A DNA stretch of 64,000 bases from Flavobacteriales bacterium (GTDB lineage Bacteria; Bacteroidota; Bacteroidia; Flavobacteriales_D; Crocinitomicaceae). Positions 31,228 to 39,834 of the stretch are shown one piece after another. Below the pieces are notes generated by a model that saw only the letters and a list, made by a program, of their open reading frames with translations, was not told the origin of the DNA and made no database searches. The position numbers and the translations under genes are program-made. The stretch lies in NCBI GenBank assembly GCA_947500875.1, contig CANMUN010000007.1, positions 2,244 through 66,243 on the forward strand, read 5' to 3'. Position 1 is the stretch's first letter, and each line of letters starts with the position of its first letter.

Positions 31228-34200
31228 TTGAAAGAACGTATAGCATCGGAGGTATTAAAGGGCAGTGGGGTGGATGGTCCTGTTCTCGAGCATATCTTCG
31301 CCTTTCTTTATTTACTGGATCTTGAAAGTCCCCTCGACGAGAGTTATTACCTGAAACACGTAATTCCTCGTTCGGATGGCACGAAGAGGATATTATTCGA
31401 ACCCAAACCCGTGCTTAAAGCACTTCAGCAAGAACTTTTGCAGGTTTTGTATGATGTTTTGGAGAAGCCTCAGCCTTACACCGAATACTACAGGTTTCAA
31501 CAAAAACACCTATTGAGCCCTTGTGCCACGGCGTATCGACCGAAAATAAGCGTGATACATAATGCGAATTTTCACCTTGGAAATGAGGTAGTATTAAAGG
31601 TAGATATTCAAGATTTTTTTGGGAGTATTCCCGTGGTTAATATGAAGTCCACGTGGGTGGAGCTGCTGTATTTCTGCTCGAACCGGCTCATTCAATCGGG
31701 ACTCTTAGTCCACCGAATGAAGCGCGAGTTTGTTGCGGAGGTCGTCAACACTTTGGCGGAAAAAATCATCTGCATTACCTCCCTGAACGGGGCCTTGCCG
31801 CAGGGGAGCCCAACGAGTGGCGCCATCGCGAATTTGTACATGGTTCAATTGGACCGTAAAATCCTCCATTACAGCGTGCGAAATCGCTTGAATTATTCGC
31901 GGTACTCCGATGATATGACTTTTTCGGGGGGGGCTGAGGATTTGAAAACAGGAAAGATCCTCCATTTTTTAAACGGTTTACTGGGGCGCAACGGCCTCTG
32001 TTTGAAACGTTCTAAAACCCAAGTGTTGCGCAAGCACAAGCGGCAAACGGTAACTGGGATTGTCGTTAATGCATCAAAGAACGCTGGAAGAACCTATCAA
32101 CGAAGCGTGCGGCAATCCATGCATTATTTCAAAAAATTTGGAAAGGAACACGCGCTGCGTACCCATCCAACTTTGGACGCATTTCTCCGAGAAATAACAG
32201 GGCAAGTAGCTTGGATTCTCCAAGTGCAAAAGTCAAATTCGGAATTTCTACGTTACAAGGCAGAACTGAACATTATTAGCCGTTTTCATCGACAAGGGAA
32301 ACCTGTTGCTGAGGCAATGGATTATTTGCGGAGTTTGGTACAACAGGCAGAGCAATGGAAGGCAAACGAAACCGTGGTGATAGGAGGCTTGGAATGGAAA
32401 AAGGAATCCGAAGTCTATGAAGGAGAGGACATGGATGGAATTTATACCTTTCAGCGACGGGGCCAACAGCGTTCGTTTTTTACCCGAGAAGCCCTCGAAA
32501 AGTACCTAAAAAATCATCCCGAATGGAGGTTGCCTACCTTGCACGAGTATGAGCGGTATTTTGACGAAACGCGGTACCATGACCGAATCCAATTGGGATT
32601 GACCTTGCCGAGCGATCCCCGGTATAATGGGATTGTTAACGGCACGGAATTCCTCCATTTTAATCGGGTTGCTGCCTACTGGACGAGTGAACTCCGTCCT
32701 AGAAAGACGCTTACCAAGGCTAAAAACCGAGTTGGACGAAAAGTCTTGTGCGTCGCTGCTAAAAATTGGCCTATACATCGTCATTTTGCGAAAATTCGTT
32801 GCGACCTGTCCTACGTAAGGCATGATCATGTAATGGACCTACGCGTTCCGGTGAATGTGCCAGGAACCAAGGAATATAGTTCTTCCTCCGACGATACCCA
32901 AGTGCTCTTGCCGGAAGAAGCTTTCTCGGTAAAATTGGTGCGAGAAATAAGGCCCAATGATCCCTTGACCAATTTTCAAGGTACGGAATTTGCCTTAAGG
33001 AAATTAGCCACGAGCAGGTACACGACGAATTTTGAGGGACTTCATATCGCGGATATACCTGTTGAAATTTTGTCGGAATGGAAATCTTCGTCCATGCTGT
33101 TTTCCAATAATCAAATCGAGCACTTCGACCTTCGGAATGTTCCTCCTGTGAAGCTCCTAAATTTGGAAAACAACCGTTTAAAAGGGTTCGATTTTACCAC
33201 CTTGCCCCCCGGGTTACAGCATTTGATGCTCAGAGGCAACCCAGGACTGAAGGGAGCGGAAATTCCTTGGTCTCAATTGTTGAGGCAACTGCACGAGTTG
33301 AGCTTAGATGACTTACAGGATTTAGTACGCACGATGCCGCTGGAATCGATCTATTTGCAGGCCTTAGGTGGGGAAGTTTGGACTATCCTTGAAAACGAAC
33401 AGGAGTTAGATGCATTGATCGGACAACAAAAGCCGGTAAGCCATTTATTGGTTCGGTATCGAGTAGGGGTTGATGCCTTGGATGCAAAGACCTTATTCGA
33501 GAAATTGAACCGTATTGCTCCAAAACATTTGTACGTTTGTTTTGAGCCCCAAGATGAAGGGTTACGACGTCGATTGGATCGCTTGAAATCCGTGACATCC
33601 TTATGGGAAAAGGAGATAGAAGAACTTGATGGGTATGTCAAAAACCTTGCTTCACAAAAGGATATTGAAACGCGTGTAACCTTATTTCCAGAACATTTAG
33701 CCGACAACAGGATTCAGCATCTTATTATTGATTTTTCGTGGTTGCCGAACCTTTGTTTTGAAGGTGATTTTCGGATCAAGCCCGATAGTTATCACTTGTT
33801 ACATCCTGGAATACCTACCCTGCTTCTCCCAGCGACAAGTCAGCGTTTTCATCGTCCGACGGTTTTGATAAAAGCTATTGGAAATAAGATAGTTCCTGCC
33901 CAAAATGATTTTCCTGAATCGGTGAGCCTTGATGTACGCTATCCTCTCGGCAAGACGCATCCTAAAATCCGTTTGTCCAACCTACATACCTTGGTGCCGA
34001 TGCGTCAGGAACACGTGGGAGACTTGGTTTTAGTGCTCAGTGAAAACATCAGCAAACGATTGGAAGTGGGACGCATAAAAGAGGTTTACCCGAGGGCCTA
34101 TGAACTTAAAAGAAACCTGAAGAATTGGGTGAGTTTAATAGGGTATAATACCGATAAAATAGCCTTTCGTAAACGTATTTCATCGATGCCCTTGTTAGGT

Positions 34201-35490
34201 CTTTCTTTGCGATTCGATGTGTACAGCTTGAGCTTTCCCATTGAAACGGTATCAAAAATCAACCGTTTTGGGCCCATGAACCTTGCTTGGGATCCTCATG
34301 AAGGTGTTTTAAAATACAACGAAACTGAAGTAAAGCGATTTTTATTTGAGGATAGTCCTGTTGCTGAAGTTGCTTTTCTCAAAATTTTCGCCAATAAAAG
34401 TCCTACGCCTCCAGCTCGAGTATGTGATTCCCAAGGCAAGAGGAATATGAATTTGCCTTATGTAATTCGTAGGAACGTATATGCTACTCGAGCATTCGAT
34501 CGAAGTGAAACCATAGCTGCTCTTAGAACCGGTGAAAGGCTAGCGATTTCCTTGCCCAAACCTTATCGACGGGATCGAGAAATAATGCTTGCAGCGGTGG
34601 AAGCGAATCCTTTCGCCATGGCTTTTGCCCACAAAGCCTTGAAGCAAGATGCAGGATTTATCTTGGAGGCGATGAACATTAGCGTGCGTACCTTGGTGTT
34701 TCTCTCGAAGGATCTGTTCAAAAGCCGAAACCATCCAAACAGTGCCCTTCAACAAGTGTTGGATGCTCTTATAAAACGTTTCAATCCTGAAGATTTTAAT
34801 TTCATTGTAGGTCGTTTATCGAGGCACATTAATATTGAAAAGGAGCCGGTTTATCGCTTCGTTTTAGAACCGAAGCCTTTGGACTCAAGTGCTGTTTTAA
34901 TGTCCTTCGAACAGGAAAAAAAGATCCTTAATAACCGTTTCTGCCAACGATCAGGTATGTACAAACCCATTCGCGGTTATTTCTTTAAAGAAGCTGAACG
35001 TCGTGGATTCATCAATGTTAACGGTTATTTTAATGATTTTTGTAAAGCGCTTGAAAACAAAGATGATGTAACCTTTCTTGATCTCAGTTTTAAGGCAGTA
35101 GAGACCCTTTATGAGTTGGAAAATTTACCTCATTTAAAGGTGTTGAAGTTAACCGAAAGTAAGTTGATGAACAGCCTACCGGTTTTAAATTCCTTGGAGG
35201 AATTGAACGTCAATCGTGTTGCCAATTTTTGGAGTTACCATGAGGGCAATACAATGCATCAACGGTTCCCGAACCTTAAGCGTTTGGAAACCAAGTTTAT
35301 CTATGTTAATATGCTGTATATTGCCGATTTAGTCGTCCACCATCCTTGCTTGGAGCACCTTTCCATTTCGGTAACCTATGCAGATGAATTAGAGGAAATC
35401 AATGCGATAATCGAGAAAGTAAAGGCCCTTGGAAAGGTCATTGAAATCGTTTTGGATAAGTCGGAGTATATTGGTGAATTACCTTTTTAA
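31228..35490 (+). CDS. Retron-type reverse transcriptase fused to FISUMP/DUF1566-like C-type-lectin domain, LRRs and DUF4116 repeats (1420 aa)
   Basis: RT motifs IPRSDGTKRIL.EP, NANFH (retron region X NAxxH, 31561), KVDIQDFFGSI, LPQGSPTS, YSDD (31903), VTG (retron region Y, 32050); WRLPT/YWTS/SVKLVR; LRRs; DREIMLAAVEANPFAMAFA repeat; TTG start uncertain. Confidence 0.88.
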   Translation: MKERIASEVLKGSGVDGPVLEHIFAFLYLLDLESPLDESYYLKHVIPRSDGTKRILFEPKPVLKALQQELLQVLYDVLEKPQPYTEYYRFQQKHLLSPCATAYRPKISVIHNANFHLGNEVVLKVDIQDFFGSIPVVNMKSTWVELLYFCSNRLIQSGLLVHRMKREFVAEVVNTLAEKIICITSLNGALPQGSPTSGAIANLYMVQLDRKILHYSVRNRLNYSRYSDDMTFSGGAEDLKTGKILHFLNGLLGRNGLCLKRSKTQVLRKHKRQTVTGIVVNASKNAGRTYQRSVRQSMHYFKKFGKEHALRTHPTLDAFLREITGQVAWILQVQKSNSEFLRYKAELNIISRFHRQGKPVAEAMDYLRSLVQQAEQWKANETVVIGGLEWKKESEVYEGEDMDGIYTFQRRGQQRSFFTREALEKYLKNHPEWRLPTLHEYERYFDETRYHDRIQLGLTLPSDPRYNGIVNGTEFLHFNRVAAYWTSELRPRKTLTKAKNRVGRKVLCVAAKNWPIHRHFAKIRCDLSYVRHDHVMDLRVPVNVPGTKEYSSSSDDTQVLLPEEAFSVKLVREIRPNDPLTNFQGTEFALRKLATSRYTTNFEGLHIADIPVEILSEWKSSSMLFSNNQIEHFDLRNVPPVKLLNLENNRLKGFDFTTLPPGLQHLMLRGNPGLKGAEIPWSQLLRQLHELSLDDLQDLVRTMPLESIYLQALGGEVWTILENEQELDALIGQQKPVSHLLVRYRVGVDALDAKTLFEKLNRIAPKHLYVCFEPQDEGLRRRLDRLKSVTSLWEKEIEELDGYVKNLASQKDIETRVTLFPEHLADNRIQHLIIDFSWLPNLCFEGDFRIKPDSYHLLHPGIPTLLLPATSQRFHRPTVLIKAIGNKIVPAQNDFPESVSLDVRYPLGKTHPKIRLSNLHTLVPMRQEHVGDLVLVLSENISKRLEVGRIKEVYPRAYELKRNLKNWVSLIGYNTDKIAFRKRISSMPLLGLSLRFDVYSLSFPIETVSKINRFGPMNLAWDPHEGVLKYNETEVKRFLFEDSPVAEVAFLKIFANKSPTPPARVCDSQGKRNMNLPYVIRRNVYATRAFDRSETIAALRTGERLAISLPKPYRRDREIMLAAVEANPFAMAFAHKALKQDAGFILEAMNISVRTLVFLSKDLFKSRNHPNSALQQVLDALIKRFNPEDFNFIVGRLSRHINIEKEPVYRFVLEPKPLDSSAVLMSFEQEKKILNNRFCQRSGMYKPIRGYFFKEAERRGFINVNGYFNDFCKALENKDDVTFLDLSFKAVETLYELENLPHLKVLKLTESKLMNSLPVLNSLEELNVNRVANFWSYHEGNTMHQRFPNLKRLETKFIYVNMLYIADLVVHHPCLEHLSISVTYADELEEINAIIEKVKALGKVIEIVLDKSEYIGELPF

Positions 35491-35499
35491 TGCCATTAG

Positions 35500-36765
35500 A
35501 TGGAGGAGTTTTCAAGTAATAAATTAAGGGAACTGTTGAAGGATAAGGCTAACATGGACCAGAATTGCCTGATGATACCCCTTTTTTCCTTCGAAATTGT
35601 GGATGAGGTTTGGGATAGTTTTTATCGCTTTGATTCCAACGTAGAGAACAGCGAGGATTCCGAATTGTTGTCTTTTTTTCAATTCCTGTTGATTGCTTTT
35701 GGAGCAGAAGGCAGCTTTGCTGCTCGCATTCGAAACGGCGAAGTTCATCACCCCCTTCCTTGTTGGACCAAGTCGGATACCTTGATCATCACTCCGCTTT
35801 TTGAAAAAATGCCTTATGGAGTGGTAAGTCAATTGGTGGAGGCCCTTTCGATTCGTCGAATAGTGGTGGAGGCCGCAGGAGCATTGCCCGCAGTATTTGA
35901 CATGGATTTTAACCTGATGGTATCGCAAATCGTATCGGTTGAATTCAAGGATTTGGAATCGGATTATCAATTGAATTCGACGTTGTACTGCTCTCCGTAC
36001 TTGGAGGAGTTATCCTTTATTTGTGTTAAAGGAGACGTTTTAACCCGCGATTTTAGCCGATTACGTGGTTTGAGAAAACTGATAATAGTGAACTGCAGGT
36101 TGAAGTTCTCAATTCCGCAGCTCCCCCTTTCTTTGGAATATTTTAAGTTGAGCCATTCGAGGTTAGGGAGCCACAAGTTTACGATATTCCCAAAAAACAT
36201 CAGGGTTTTAGATCTTTCGCATAACGAAATTAAAGAGGTCGTTGGAGCGGAATCCTTGGCATTGATGCATAGCTTGGACTTGTCCTACAATCAATTAGGT
36301 TTCCTCGACTTGGGTAGTTTACCCGCCTCTTTAAAGGAATTGAACCTTAGATCCAACCGCATCGAACGGATTGTTGGCAACTGGGATGGGCGAGAAAACC
36401 TGCACTTCTTGGATTTAGGGCACAATGCCTTGAACGAATTTCCCTCCGGGTTGGAGCGACTTACAGGGCTCAAGGAGCTCTTGTTATCCAATAATTTCCT
36501 AGAAGAACTTTTAGTTGATTTACACGCTTTGACGCAGTTGGAGCGCTTGGATTTACGAAAGAACCGCTTGCGCAGTTTGCCAACTTCGTTGTCGGAAATA
36601 AACCGCTTGCTGTATTTGGATTTAGAGGATAATCTCCTCGTAGAGGTATTTGAACTGCTTACCAAGGCGAATTGGGACCAGGCCACGGTGCGGTTAAGGG
36701 GCAATCCTTTACATCAAGAACGGCGAAAATTAAGTACATTAACCCACCAAAAAATTGAATTATGA
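35500..36765 (+). CDS. Leucine-rich repeat protein
   Basis: Multiple LxxLxLxxNxL repeats (LDLSHNEI, LDLSYNQL, LNLRSNRI, LDLGHNAL, LLLSNNFL, LDLRKNRL, LDLEDNLL), capped by LRGNPL. Confidence 0.9.
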   Translation: MEEFSSNKLRELLKDKANMDQNCLMIPLFSFEIVDEVWDSFYRFDSNVENSEDSELLSFFQFLLIAFGAEGSFAARIRNGEVHHPLPCWTKSDTLIITPLFEKMPYGVVSQLVEALSIRRIVVEAAGALPAVFDMDFNLMVSQIVSVEFKDLESDYQLNSTLYCSPYLEELSFICVKGDVLTRDFSRLRGLRKLIIVNCRLKFSIPQLPLSLEYFKLSHSRLGSHKFTIFPKNIRVLDLSHNEIKEVVGAESLALMHSLDLSYNQLGFLDLGSLPASLKELNLRSNRIERIVGNWDGRENLHFLDLGHNALNEFPSGLERLTGLKELLLSNNFLEELLVDLHALTQLERLDLRKNRLRSLPTSLSEINRLLYLDLEDNLLVEVFELLTKANWDQATVRLRGNPLHQERRKLSTLTHQKIEL

Positions 36766-37907
36766 GCCAAGATAATGGTTGTTACGGAGCCTCGGTCAAC
36801 GGGGGAGAATTGTTGGACCTACTCGGCAAGGTCCTCGAAGCTAATTTAACCTTCGAGGACGAAACCGGAAGGCGACCAACTCCCATTTGCGTTTGGGGGA
36901 CTCATGGTTTAGGTAAGACCGAAATTGCCATGGAAGTGGCACGGCAAAGGCAATGGAAAATCGCGTATTGTGCTCCCGCTCAGTTCGAGGAAATGGGAGA
37001 TTTACATGGTTTACCGATGAAAATTGACCCCGACCCCAATGTTTACGGCGATGAGCGAACGATTTATTTGCCGCCGGAATGGGTGCCTAACGACCCAGGG
37101 CCAGGGATCTTATTGCTCGATGATATCAACCGAGCCGATGACCGAATACTTCGCGGAACCATGCAATTGCTGCAGAATTTTGAAATGTTTTCTTGGTCCT
37201 TGCCTCCCAAATGGCAAATCGTTGTTACCGCAAATCCCGATTCTGGCGATTATTCGGTGACCTCCATGGACGATGCGATGTTGACAAGGATGATTCACGT
37301 CACCTTAAAATTTGACGCTAAAGCTTGGGCTGCTTGGGCCTTAAAGGCCGGAATCGACGAACGAGGCATCAATTTCGTGCTGACGTATCCGGAAATGGTC
37401 ACGATGAAGCGCAGCACACCGCGAACCTTGGTTCAGTTTTTCGCACAAATTAATAACATCAAGGATTTGGTGCAAGAGCGTAAATTGGTGGAGTTGTTGG
37501 CTCAAGGGTGTTTGGACTTGGAAACCTCCGATGCGTTCATGAATTACATCGAACAAAGTTTGCATCAAATCCCAAGTCCTGAAGACTTTTTGGCCTCAGA
37601 AACACCGTCCAGAGTTCTTGAAGCGGTGGAACGTTTGACGGCTTCGGAGAAGGGGGTTCGCTTGGACCTTTTGAATACCCTCATGAGCCGCATCGGTATC
37701 TTGCTTTCGGGGAATTACACTCCGACGCCGACCGCTGCTTCTAACCTGATAGAATTATTGAAAACTGACAAAGTTCCCATCGACCTGCGTTTTGCGTTTC
37801 ACAAAGAACTGATGAGGGTGCGTTTGTTGAAAAAGCCTTCGATGGAGGCGGTGGTGACGGCGATATCCAATGCAGAGGTGTTGAAACAGTTTGTAGCGAT
37901 GCAATAA
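36762..37907 (+). CDS. MoxR/dynein-related AAA+ ATPase
   Basis: Walker A GTHGLGKT, Walker B ILLLDDINRA, sensor TANP, DDAMLTRM arginine finger. Confidence 0.88.
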   Translation: MSQDNGCYGASVNGGELLDLLGKVLEANLTFEDETGRRPTPICVWGTHGLGKTEIAMEVARQRQWKIAYCAPAQFEEMGDLHGLPMKIDPDPNVYGDERTIYLPPEWVPNDPGPGILLLDDINRADDRILRGTMQLLQNFEMFSWSLPPKWQIVVTANPDSGDYSVTSMDDAMLTRMIHVTLKFDAKAWAAWALKAGIDERGINFVLTYPEMVTMKRSTPRTLVQFFAQINNIKDLVQERKLVELLAQGCLDLETSDAFMNYIEQSLHQIPSPEDFLASETPSRVLEAVERLTASEKGVRLDLLNTLMSRIGILLSGNYTPTPTAASNLIELLKTDKVPIDLRFAFHKELMRVRLLKKPSMEAVVTAISNAEVLKQFVAMQ

Positions 37908-37913
37908 TAGTCA

Positions 37914-39083
37914 ATGGAGGCTGAAGTTACCCTTTCGAGGTCCATTTACCAGTTGTTGCGGCGCGAGCCTTTTTATGCCCATATTTTGGCCAATGTCACA
38001 AGGATTCTGACCGATGAGGTGCCAACGATGGCGGTGTCTTTTCGTGAGGAGGTTTTTTATTTGTACGTTAATCCACATTTTTTACTGCATGAGCTGAACC
38101 CGGGTGAACGGGTTGCGGTTTTGAAGCACGAAGTGTTGCATTTGATTTTCAAACATTTGTTTCGGGTCAAAGGAAAGCATCCAAAAATAGAGAACATCGC
38201 CGCGGATTTAGTGGTCAATCAATACATTGCTCCATGGAATCTACCAAAGGGTGCCATTCTCCTGTCCACCTTCCCTGAACTGGCCTTGGAGCCCTTGGGT
38301 TCTCTGGAATATTATTACAACGAATTACTCAAATTGTTGGAAGATGGAGCCGAAGCACAATATCCTGAAAGTTGCAAGGCCTTGGATAGTTTGCAACATG
38401 AACCACGGGGTATTGGCATCCATGATGCTTGGGGAAAAGATGGCAGTGAAGTGGCCGAGCGTAAACTCAAGGGAATATTAAATGAGGCGAAGCATAAGTC
38501 TTCCTCCTTTGGTTCCCTTCCTTACGACATCCAACGCGCCATTAACGAATGGTTGGCAGCACCTAAAATTTCTTGGAAACAAGTCCTTCGTTTGTTTACG
38601 TCATCGTGCGGCAGAACGGCTATAAAGACCACGCGGCGGAAGGAGAGCAAGCGATTTGAAGGAAATCCTGGAAGGCGGATTAAGCGTTTGCGAAGAATGG
38701 TCGTCGCCATTGATACCTCGGGATCGGTGGATGAAAAACTGTTGGGTGAGTTTTGGACCGAGATTATGGCCATTTATAAAACAGGTTCGGAGGTGACGGT
38801 ATTGGAATGCGATGCAAAAATACATGCAGTATACGATGTGCGTCGCACCGGAACCGCACCTACGATGAAGGGGGGGGGAGGCACATGCTTTGAACCGGTG
38901 ATTGCTTGGGCGAATTCGGCGAGAGGGTATAACGGTCTGATTTATTTTACCGACGGCTATGCCTCAAAACCGCCGCCGTGTAAACTCCCTTTGCTGTGGT
39001 GTGTGTACGGCGATATACAGCAAACCGATCATTTAAAAGGAAAAATCATTCGTGTCGGAAATGCCCAACAAGAACCTTTTTAA
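37914..39083 (+). CDS. DUF2201-type putative metallopeptidase (HExxH) + vWA domain protein
   Basis: HEVLH zincin motif, NIAADLVVN, MIDAS DTSGS, GGGGT, YFTDGY. Confidence 0.9.
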   Translation: MEAEVTLSRSIYQLLRREPFYAHILANVTRILTDEVPTMAVSFREEVFYLYVNPHFLLHELNPGERVAVLKHEVLHLIFKHLFRVKGKHPKIENIAADLVVNQYIAPWNLPKGAILLSTFPELALEPLGSLEYYYNELLKLLEDGAEAQYPESCKALDSLQHEPRGIGIHDAWGKDGSEVAERKLKGILNEAKHKSSSFGSLPYDIQRAINEWLAAPKISWKQVLRLFTSSCGRTAIKTTRRKESKRFEGNPGRRIKRLRRMVVAIDTSGSVDEKLLGEFWTEIMAIYKTGSEVTVLECDAKIHAVYDVRRTGTAPTMKGGGGTCFEPVIAWANSARGYNGLIYFTDGYASKPPPCKLPLLWCVYGDIQQTDHLKGKIIRVGNAQQEPF

Positions 39084-39089
39084 ATTGTG

Positions 39090-39097
39090 TATCTTTG
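39090..39097 (+). promoter_or_regulatory. Bacteroidota -7 promoter element (TATCTTTG) upstream of the putative ncRNA
   Basis: Perfect TAnnTTTG 6 nt after the vWA stop; no + strand ORF follows before the terminator. Confidence 0.6.
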
Positions 39098-39100
39098 CAG

Positions 39101-39260
39101 GAGCGCGGAAAAAGATTTTAGCATTTTGGCCGGCGAGTCGCCGGTCTCGCAAGGTGTTGGCAAAGCGTCAAGCCCTTTATTTGGGGTTTTAAAAGACACG
39201 AATTAGAATTAAAGGGAGCAACAACTTCGGTTGCTTTCAAAAGTAAGTCCTAACCGCGCG
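39101..39260 (+). ncRNA. Putative structured ncRNA (~160 nt), candidate RT partner (msr/msd-like)
   Basis: Termini pair (GCGCGG 39103-39108 / CCGCGC 39254-39259, extended imperfectly by GATTT/AAGTC and TTTTG/CAAAA); internal hairpins CCGGCG-AGT-CGCCGG (39130-39144) and GGGAGCAAC-AACTTCG-GTTGCTTTC (39214-39238); flanked by promoter and terminator. Confidence 0.6.
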
Positions 39261-39291
39261 AAAATGCCTCGATTCCGGGGCATTTTTTTTT
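39261..39291 (+). terminator. Rho-independent terminator (possibly bidirectional)
   Basis: AAAATGCCTCG-ATTC-CGGGGCATTTTTTTTT hairpin plus T-run; a convergent gene ends at 39299. Confidence 0.85.
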
Positions 39292-39298
39292 GATACAC

Positions 39299-39754
39299 TT
39301 AATCCTCCAACTTGGGATAAACGCAAAAATTGTAAAGGGTTGAGGTTCTACCGTCCATGGCGTGTCGAAACGAAATGCAATCCAGTGTACCCCGAATTTC
39401 ATCAATGTAAATTCCTCTTTTGGTGGTGCGTGATGTGGGTTGAAAATGCATCATCTGCATGAGCTGATAGAACCCTGTAACTCCCAGTTCGGTTAACGGA
39501 TCACTTTCCTTAAGGCCTTTCCCCATGCACAATTGACTACACCCCACTGCAAGGATCTTGAGTTCTTCGGGGTCGGTGGTTTTGGGTTCATTGAAAAAAT
39601 CCGTAGATCGGTAGGTTTCGGTCCCTTGTTCCAAGAAAAGCGCTGCCTTGGTGAAGAGGTAGGGGAATTGCTGTTCGAGCGCATGAAGCTGATCGCTTTC
39701 GGACAGGTTGTCCATGACTTCGTCCAACGATTGGTGTGGTGGGTTGTTTTCCAT
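39299..39754 (-). CDS. Hypothetical protein
   Basis: 151-aa ORF with ATG start; no recognised motif. Confidence 0.55.
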   Translation of the reverse strand: MENNPPHQSLDEVMDNLSESDQLHALEQQFPYLFTKAALFLEQGTETYRSTDFFNEPKTTDPEELKILAVGCSQLCMGKGLKESDPLTELGVTGFYQLMQMMHFQPTSRTTKRGIYIDEIRGTLDCISFRHAMDGRTSTLYNFCVYPKLED

Positions 39755-39834
39755 AGGTTTAAAAGTAGCAATTTTAGGACTTGTTACTTTTGCTGTGCGA
39801 TAAATGGCTAGTTTTGATGTGTTTAAACTAAACC

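Noticed and set aside
31228..35490. RT as group II intron maturase or classical DGR
   Set aside because: It has retron NAxxH and VTG motifs and QG rather than the DGR SQ motif; no intron domain V-like flank, no Avd gene and no TR/VR repeat pair were seen by eye
39101..39260. tRNA, SRP RNA or tmRNA
   Set aside because: No cloverleaf/TTCGA arm, no SRP GGAA-loop domain, too short for tmRNA; 6S RNA cannot be excluded without an Rfam scan
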